From: Eledone cirrhosa
Lineage: Eukaryota
Reading direction: 5' to 3'
Assembly: GCA_964016885.1 (NCBI GenBank)
Contig: OZ024740.1
Coordinates: forward strand, 220,658,001 to 220,722,000
DNA: 64,000 bases
Of the stretch, positions 57,241-64,000 are shown in pieces (position 1 is the first letter of the stretch; each line of letters begins with the position of its first letter). The position numbers were made by a program, and so were the translations under genes. The notes under the pieces are model-generated. The model saw only the letters and a program-made list of their open reading frames with translations, did not search any database and was not told where the DNA came from.

Positions 57241-60200
57241 CATTTACAGTCCACACTGTAGATGGCATTAAAAAGGGCATCCAGCAGCAGAAACAAAGTG
57301 CAAGGTGGAGATCACCTTCTCTCGAGTTAAGTAACACCATGTCATCTGCAAATTCCAGCCGACTGATTTTACACCCGCCAGTTATAATACTACTTCCAAA
57401 TCGGCTGTGCATGTCAATCCTGTCCATGTAAATATAGAACAGGAGATGACAGTATGCACCCTTGGTGGAGTTCGACTCCCACATTGAATGTTTTCGATTT
57501 AAACAACTTATAAAATTGTTGAAACAAGTAGTTTTTATAGTTAGGTACTTATAATACTAACAAGAAAAAAAAGCATCCTGTAAGGTGGTCGTGCTGGTGA
57601 CATGACAAAAAAGCACTCAGCCCAGTTTGTTAGATGGTTGTTTTGGTGCCATGATAAAATGCACCCAGTCCACACTCTAACCCGGCTGGCATTTGGAAGG
57701 GCATCTAAAATACAGATCCATGGTCACCTGACCTTACCTATCCCATAATGTGACAACCCATCTAACCCAAGCAATTGTGGAAAATGGACATTAAACGATG
57801 ATGATAATAATGAATGCAGTAGGTGTAGTACTTATTTAGCAGGAAGCAATATAACGTGCCTAGTATATGGACACAACACAATACCTCTTACAGGATTTTA
57901 TTAATATCTGAACCTTTGACCTAGACTGTTTATGCTACCTTCACCACTCAGTAAGTATACTGCAATGAAACAACCCTTTTCTTACCATATCTATCATGAA
58001 ATACATAGCTTATCATCATCATCGTTTAATGTCCATTTTTCCATGCTAGCATGGGTTAGACAAGTTGTCCCATTGTGAGATGACAGATCAGGTGACTGTG
58101 TTTTGCTCGTACAGAACTGGTTCTGGCTTGGTTTCTATGGCTGGATGCTCTTCCTAATGCCAACCATATTTACAGTGTGGACTAGGTGCTTTTTGTCATG
58201 ACACCTACATGACCACTTAACATTGTGGGCTATGAGTTTCAATTTATTTTGAAAATAATAAAAAATGTGAAAGTATTTAAAAAATATACCTTAACCTTTT
58301 CATTATTAAGCTGATGTTTGAAACAATACTTAGCAAACATTCTTACATACATAAAATGATGGTTTTTAATTTAAATGTGAACACTTTAAAATAAGCTGGT
58401 TTCATCATCATCATCATAATTTTACATCTGTTTTTCTATGAGTGGAAAAACAGATTCATTCCGACACAGCCTCTCTCAACTTGTAGCTGTCCTCTGTCAT
58501 CTCCTCTGTAAGGTTCAGCATTTTGAGATCAGTTCTAACCACTTCTGGCCAGGTTTTTTGCCGTTTCCCTCAACAAACAGCTTCCTTCCACTGGCCTCTC
58601 ATAGCACTTCTTCACCCAACAACCATCATCCATACCAGTGCAGTATTTTCTCTTGCACACTACATCTATAAATGATTCCTCTTACACACAGTTTTTCTCC
58701 AAATTTATCTATGCCCTGTCATTCATATCTACGAACATTCATATGAGTATCATAAAACTAGGAGCAGTTTCAAGCAGGTTGGTATTAAAAGGGTTGAAGA
58801 AGAAACCCAAAACAAGTATATTACTATATAACTGTACTTACAACTTTGCAGCGCTTAAAAGCTAACTTTGTTTCCTGTAAAATATTCATTGCTAATTCTT
58901 GTGAGAGAAAAATTTCACCTCCATAATTCTCAATGGTTGGCCCTATATTGATATTTACAGTATTAATCACAGCCTGGAATTCTCTCCGGAATCTAGAAGA
59001 TAAAAAGAAAAAAAGTAAAAAATAATAAACTGATGCATAAAGTGAATTGTGGTCATGCTATGGCCATGAGAAAACAAGAACTCAGTAAGGAGGTCATGCT
59101 GGTCCCACAACAAAAAGCACCCAGTCCACGCTGTAAGGTTGTCATGCTGGTGCCTGGACAAAAAGCATCCAGTTCATTCTATAATGTGGACATACCGGGG
59201 CCATGACACAAAAACATCCAGTCCACCTTGTAAGATAAAAGCCAGTACACACTGTAAGGTGGTTGTGTTGGTGTTACGATAAAAGCTTCCAGTACACACT
59301 GTAAGGTGCTTGTGTTGGTGTTACGATAAAAGTTCCCAGGGCACACTGTAAGGTGGTCATGTTGGTGTTACGATAAAAGCTCCCAGTACACACTGTAAGG
59401 TGGTTGGTGTTAGGAAAGTAATTTAACCATAAAAAAAAACAAGCACAAAATAGAATATATGGGCAAGATATTGTCATCTGACCATCATGCAGGTCTCCTC
59501 TCTCTAAACCACTTATGTTGTCCAAAGGGGAAAAATATCAAGGGCTGATGCTATTTGGTACCAGTGATGTTGCAGGCAAACCCAAAACATAAAAGCCCCA
59601 AAATGATTCCACATGGCATCATGTCTGATCATCATCATCATCGTTTTACGTCCATTTTCCACACTTACATGGGTTAGACAGGTCGTCATGTTGAGACAAG
59701 TCATGGTCCAGAGACCATCTTTTGCTCGTACAGATCTGTATTTTTGCTTGGTTTCTATAATTGGAATCCTTGCCTAACATGAACCACATTACAGTGTGGA
59801 CTGGATGCTTTTTATTATGGCACCAAAATGACCATCTTACAGGTTGGACTAGGAACTTTTTGTCATGTCACCAGCTTAACCACTTAACAGGATGGTCAGG
59901 GCACTTTTTGACATGTCACCAGCATTACTACCTTACAGGTTGGACTGGGTGCTTTTTTGTGCCTCTAGCATGACAATTTTACAGGTTGGACTGGGTGCTT
60001 TCCTGTTGTGTTACCAGCACAACCACTTAACAAGTTGGACTGGGCACCTTTTAACATGTCACTAGCATGATCACTTTACAGGGTGGACTGGGTGCTTTTT
60101 GTCATGTCACCAACATGATCGCTTTACAGAGTGGATGGGATGCTTTTCTGTCGTGTCACCAGATCCACAGCACTGGATTCTGACTCCAAAAGGATGAAAA

Positions 60201-61433
60201 TCAACGTTGACTTTTGAAGGATTTGAACATGTAGGATTCAAATGTAGAATTCGAACATGTAGGATTTGAAAATGTAGCATTGGAGAAAAATACTGTAAGA
60301 ATTAATGGAATACTTACCCACCAGATTGAATTTTCTTTTTTTGATGGTTTTTACTATTATAGTACCTTTGCAATAGCAGTGAACAGCGCTCATACAGAAA
60401 TTTTATTTCATGGCTAAAATTAAAAAAATAATTAAATTTACCTCAAAATTTGACTCCACAAATATTTAATTACCTAATTTCACCTTATGAATCATGCAGT
60501 TATATTTATATATTCTGTTATCTAATTTGACACTATGTATCTAATTTGACCCTATGTATCTAATTTGGTCTCAGGTCGATTGCTGCCACTGAGTGCAATT
60601 TATCATGGCACCAACACTAGTGAGTTTGCCTATGTTGTCTCCGTTCAATCAAGGCAATGTGACCTAGAGTGTGGACAGAAGGATGAGGATGAGGTAAGGA
60701 GTGCGAGAGTATGATGGGGAAGACTAAGTGACTTGAAGTGAGAAGGGTGCAGAGAAGAGGAAAAAAATGAGAAAGAGAGACAGTGTAGAAGGGGTAGTAG
60801 ATGAGAATTGGGAATGGTAGAAGGGAGGAAAGGAGCAGTGTAGAGTTGGGGAAGGAAGGAATGAGTAATAGGTAGTGAAAACATTCTAATTTTTGTTCAG
60901 TCTAAAAACACTAAAGTAGGTTATAGCTAGAGTCATAAATACTAATTCAGAAATGGTCAGCCAACAAAATACAAGTTCTTCATCAAATGTGGTCATTCTG
61001 GAGAGAGTTAATACATAACACACCAAGCATTTCAGAAAACTACCTCAGTTGAAAGACTTCTACCATATAGGTCTACACCAAGCTGGTAATAGGATGGGCT
61101 AGATGGAAAATGTAGCTCCAACTCCCAAGCTAATAACAGGTCAAGGTCAGATATAAAATGTAGGTCCCAAAGTTAATAAAAGGCTCAAGCCATATTGTAA
61201 ATGGGTTCATATATACGTTATTCCAAGCTTTATGTACTATATTCATTAAATGACCATTGCATGCTCACACACACATAGGAAAAGAGAAAGAGAAAAGATT
61301 TGTAATAATTAGAAAGCTTTACCCTATATATGCCTCAAGATGTTTGTTAAAAATACTCTTTGTTTGTTTACTTAGAAAAGAACTGTCATTACTCAATTTG
61401 AACTTGGATAAGTCATTTGATAATTTGGCTGTC
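44059..61433 (-). CDS. EXOC5: Exocyst complex component 5 (Sec10), last 10 coding exons (5' part beyond window)
   Basis: 10 GT-AG exons join in frame (1189 nt) ending ...LASLLK-TGA; recognisable Sec10 segments [86 protein letters not shown]. Confidence 0.96.
45698..45858 (-). CDS. EXOC5: EXOC5 exon (9th in window)
   Basis: [53 protein letters not shown]; TAG acceptor, GTAATG donor. Confidence 0.96.
47266..47422 (-). CDS. EXOC5: EXOC5 exon (8th in window)
   Basis: [52 protein letters not shown]; TAG acceptor, GTAAGA donor. Confidence 0.95.
47619..48290. repeat. ~140-bp direct repeats spaced ~527 bp apart around a pyrimidine-rich core (unclassified element)
   Basis: CGCACCA(G/A)CCTGAGGTATCTG...CTCATGTTTT at 47619-47755 and 48145-48282, nearly identical. 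Confidence 0.85.
48308..49468 (+). mobile_element. Tc1/mariner superfamily DD37D (maT-type) transposon with an internal deletion
   Basis: ~27-bp imperfect TIRs (CAGCTTGCGGATGATATTAGTTTGCAA / TTGCGAACAAATATCCTTTGCAACCTG) in a (TA)n target; transposase pieces 48433-49038 (WFFSDEKNF) and ~49039-49344 (QDSVPCH...[16 protein letters not shown]); 37 residues between the 2nd D and the 3rd catalytic position (now N). Confidence 0.92.
49937..50127 (-). mobile_element. Young SINE
   Basis: Full copy with TSD CTGAAAATAAT. Confidence 0.9.
50316..50421 (-). CDS. EXOC5: EXOC5 exon (7th in window)
   Basis: [35 protein letters not shown]; CAG acceptor, GTAAAT donor. Confidence 0.94.
50516..52313 (+). mobile_element. 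CR1/L2-group LINE, 5'-truncated RT with (ATT)n tail
   Basis: [32 protein letters not shown] and VRPHLEFA motifs; stop at 51269-51271 and a frameshift near 51560-51620; tail CATTATTATTATT; left boundary approximate. Confidence 0.93.
52314..53078 (+). mobile_element. Non-autonomous Helitron, 5'-deleted copy of the 39301 family
   Basis: Colinear with 39677-40497; ends ACCGTGCAATGCCGGGTACCACTGCTAG|T. Confidence 0.85.
54285..54471 (-). mobile_element. Young SINE
   Basis: Full copy with TSD GATGATGATAAT. Confidence 0.88.
54508..54594 (-). CDS. EXOC5: EXOC5 exon (6th in window)
   Basis: [28 protein letters not shown](R); CAG acceptor, GTAAGT donor. Confidence 0.94.
54893..55058. repeat. 14-bp minisatellite expanded inside a SINE
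   Basis: Unit GACACAATGCACCA and variants directly after TGAAGTGCCTTGCTGAAG; compare the unexpanded AAGGACACAATGCACC at 19884. Confidence 0.9.
55417..56008. repeat. 21-bp minisatellite, ~28 copies
   Basis: Unit AGTCACACTCAGACATGCTGT; produces the stop-free MSECDYS / TTACLSV frames. Confidence 0.95.
56170..56293 (-). CDS. EXOC5: EXOC5 exon (5th in window)
   Basis: [40 protein letters not shown]; CAG acceptor, GTAAGT donor. Confidence 0.94.
57065..57173 (-). CDS. EXOC5: EXOC5 exon (4th in window)
   Basis: [36 protein letters not shown]; TAG acceptor, GTAATG donor. Confidence 0.94.
58842..58992 (-). CDS. EXOC5: EXOC5 exon (3rd in window)
   Basis: [50 protein letters not shown]; TAG acceptor, GTAAGT donor. 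Confidence 0.93.
59060..60160. repeat. Two oppositely oriented RTE-3'UTR-derived elements with ~39-41 bp internal tandem repeats
   Basis: CCAGTACACACTGTAAGGTGGT units at 59060-59430; reverse-complement units ACCACTTTACAGGTTGGACTGG at 59628-60160. Confidence 0.8.
60318..60413 (-). CDS. EXOC5: EXOC5 exon (2nd in window)
   Basis: [31 protein letters not shown]; TAG acceptor, GTAAGT donor. Confidence 0.94.
61323..61433 (-). CDS. EXOC5: EXOC5 exon (1st in window)
   Basis: [36 protein letters not shown]; CAG acceptor, GTAAAG donor. Confidence 0.92.
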
Positions 61434-62861
61434 CTGAAAAATAACACAAAAGAGAATCTGTTAAAAATGGTGAAAACATGAGAAGTATAAGTAAAAAGGT
61501 TATTGCATTCAAATATATAGAACTCTTTGTAGAGAAATTGCTTTACAACAAAGTGTCTTTCTTAATGTTTTGACCCCACTCACCCAGTATTCTGGTACTG
61601 ATATCATCATCATCATTATCACTGTTTAGTGTCCATTTTACTATGCTAGCATGAGTTAGACAAGTTGTCTTGTTGTGGGCAATGCCAGATCAGGTGACCA
61701 TGAACCGATCTTATATTGATTATATCCCACCAGCCTGGTATTTCATTTTGTCACACACTTCTGTTATTTACATCACTTTCTGCATGGATCAGTGATTGTT
61801 TTATATTATTGCTTTAGCCTGACTTCTTTGACTAGGCATTGCTATGATTTTTGTCAACTTCATATATTTACTATATTTTATCAAGGTTCATTGACATACA
61901 TGATTATTACTTCTGAGATGTTCGTGCAGTCAACCAAGGTTGGGGACTGTACACATAGCAGGGCTTGGAATTAAAAGGATTAATATTAAAATGAAAATGA
62001 AAATGGTGACCACTAAAAATGGCAATATGGTGCAAATATAAGTGTAAAATGTAACAATTTGTTCACTTTGTGTTACATACTGGCTGATGTTGGTAGTACT
62101 CTATCATCATCATTTGTCCACTTTCCATGCTAGCATGGGATGGAAGCACCATCACAGTCCGAGTTAATACTTATTTAGAGTTACTGCCTTCCTAGATGGG
62201 TCAGGAAATAAATGTCATGCTTTTATGTTCCAAATTCTGGTATGGTTTCTATAGCTGGATGCCTTTCCTAACACAAACCACTGTGCAATTTTATCATGGC
62301 ATCATCACCAGAGAGGTTGTTTTGTACTCAACAAGACAAAAGAATCTTCTCTACCCTATGATGTCTCCATTCAATTCGATTGTCAACCACTTTACAGAGT
62401 GTACTAAGTGCTGGATGGCACCCCCATCTTCACTACTTTTCAATGGTGCACCCTCAGGTTGAGAAAAATTTATGGTGATATGTTTATTCTGTAACTCCAT
62501 CTTAGAATTATTGCAAATGAGAGTGTTCTGAAGCCCATCCCCCTATAGCCCAGAGAAGGGCCTGTGCTTAGTTGATAACCACGTTATTACTCATAGGAAT
62601 TAATTGTTAAGACCTTAATGAAAATGATATTACACAAACTATAAACACAAGATTGAGACAGAAAAGAGAAACAGACATACATCACCATCATCATTAGATG
62701 ATGGTGATGTATAGAATACATATATATTATTGAAACATTATATATATTGTTGTAACATTGACTACATAATATAGTTTAATAATGGGGCATATAAATCCAC
62801 TGGATGGAAAAAGATGGTTATGTTATAGTGAAGCTGCTATTTCTATTTCTGTGTTCCAAAT

Positions 62862-63355
62862 ATCATCATCATCCTGTGGCCTCGGCCGAAATGGACTCCG
62901 CATGGGTCTGTTGTTTATTGCCGTTGTCAAGTCCTGGATTTCAATACCAGAATCTCAGGAGACGACATTGAGATAGGAGAGCTTGCTGTTATTAGTGATT
63001 ACTTGTGGTTTTCAAAGCACTAATAGTGATATCAAGCAAGTCGAGGATTTCAAGTACCTTGGGTCCTGGATCATGGACTATGAGAAGGATTTCGCCACCA
63101 GGAAGGCCCAAGCATGGTCAGCTTGCAACAAGATGGATCGAGTTTGGCACTCAAATCTTTCCAACGACACCAAGATCAGACTCTTCCAAGTAACAATTCA
63201 ACCAATCTTGCTATATGGAAGTGAAACACGGACACTTTCATCCAAACAACAAAAGCACCTTGATGGCACTTATACTTGTCTGCTTCAATGCATTCAGAAC
63301 ATAAGCTGGCGACATCTGACTTTGAGAGAGATATATGCCGGACTCCCATACATAT
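62862..63355. mobile_element. RTE LINE insertion with an internal inversion
   Basis: Minus-strand 3' end with (GAT)n tail at 62862-63020 abuts a plus-strand upstream ORF piece (VEDFKYLGSWI...LLYGSET) at ~63014-63355. Confidence 0.8.
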
Positions 63356-63534
63356 CTGAACTCAGAATGGAAAGGGCCGTAACTCTATGCGCCAAAGCAT
63401 GGCGTCCGACCCTCTACCGATACTGCCAATCCACAATAGATGATAGACATGAGTGAACATATCATAAATATACAGTAATCCCTGTTTAGTCCAATCCAAA
63501 ATAACTCTTTTAAGCTCTTTTGTGTCTGGAACAA

Positions 63535-63722
63535 TAATTGTTTCTACTTTAGGCACAAGGGCAGCAATTACCCAGTACACTGCTGGTACTTTATTTTATT
63601 AACCCCGTAAGGATGAAAGGCAAAGTCAACCTCGGCGGGATTTGAACTCAGATCGTAAAGGGACGTAACTATGCTGGAAAGCATGGCGTCCGGCCCTCTA
63701 CTGATACTGCCAATCCACCGCC
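63535..63722 (-). mobile_element. Young SINE (head fragment of another copy at 63356-63434)
   Basis: Full copy with ~21-bp TSD TTTTGTGTCTGGAACAATAAT. Confidence 0.9.
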
Positions 63723-64000
63723 TTTTTTTGTGTCTGGAACAATAATACTCTCCTTTTAGCATCAGGTTAAAGTTTTGTTCAATAAAAATCTTTTAGCCCT
63801 TTCATGACCTCATTTCTAATGAAATACACTTTATTTCAATTAATTGATGAAGGATTTTGAGGGATTTACTAAAATTATTAATTATTTCATTACTACAATA
63901 GTGCAAGAATTGTAGAAGCTGGTGCAATAAAATACAGATATGATAGCCTTCCTTACAGTTTCTGTTAACAAAATTCACCAACAGTGAGATGGGACCCAAA

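Overview
AT-rich, repeat-dense animal genomic DNA. The SINE/RTE/(CAT)n/(TA)n repeat landscape suggests a coleoid cephalopod such as an octopus (inference). Two spliced genes lie head-to-tail on the minus strand, and I reconstructed both by hand from GT-AG boundaries with consistent codon phases. The first is the last 10 coding exons of exocyst component 5 (EXOC5/Sec10; 61433 down to stop at 44059), whose 5' part is beyond the right edge. The second is the first 18 coding exons of urocanate hydratase (UROC1; ATG at 37593 down to 5279, 598 codons), whose last exons were not found and probably lie beyond the left edge. Introns and the intergenic gap hold young tRNA-derived SINEs with intact TSDs, RTE and CR1/L2 LINE fragments, a DD37D (maT) transposon, non-autonomous Helitrons, several MITE families and minisatellites. 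The main unannotated signal is a set of type I hammerhead-ribozyme (HHR) motifs in unrelated sequence contexts. The best one (42782-42873, minus strand) has an intact catalytic core and a GUC cleavage site and lies 1.2 kb downstream of the EXOC5 stop on the same strand. Another sits in a ~330-bp partial tandem repeat resembling a non-LTR retrozyme. All structures were folded by eye; no searches were run.
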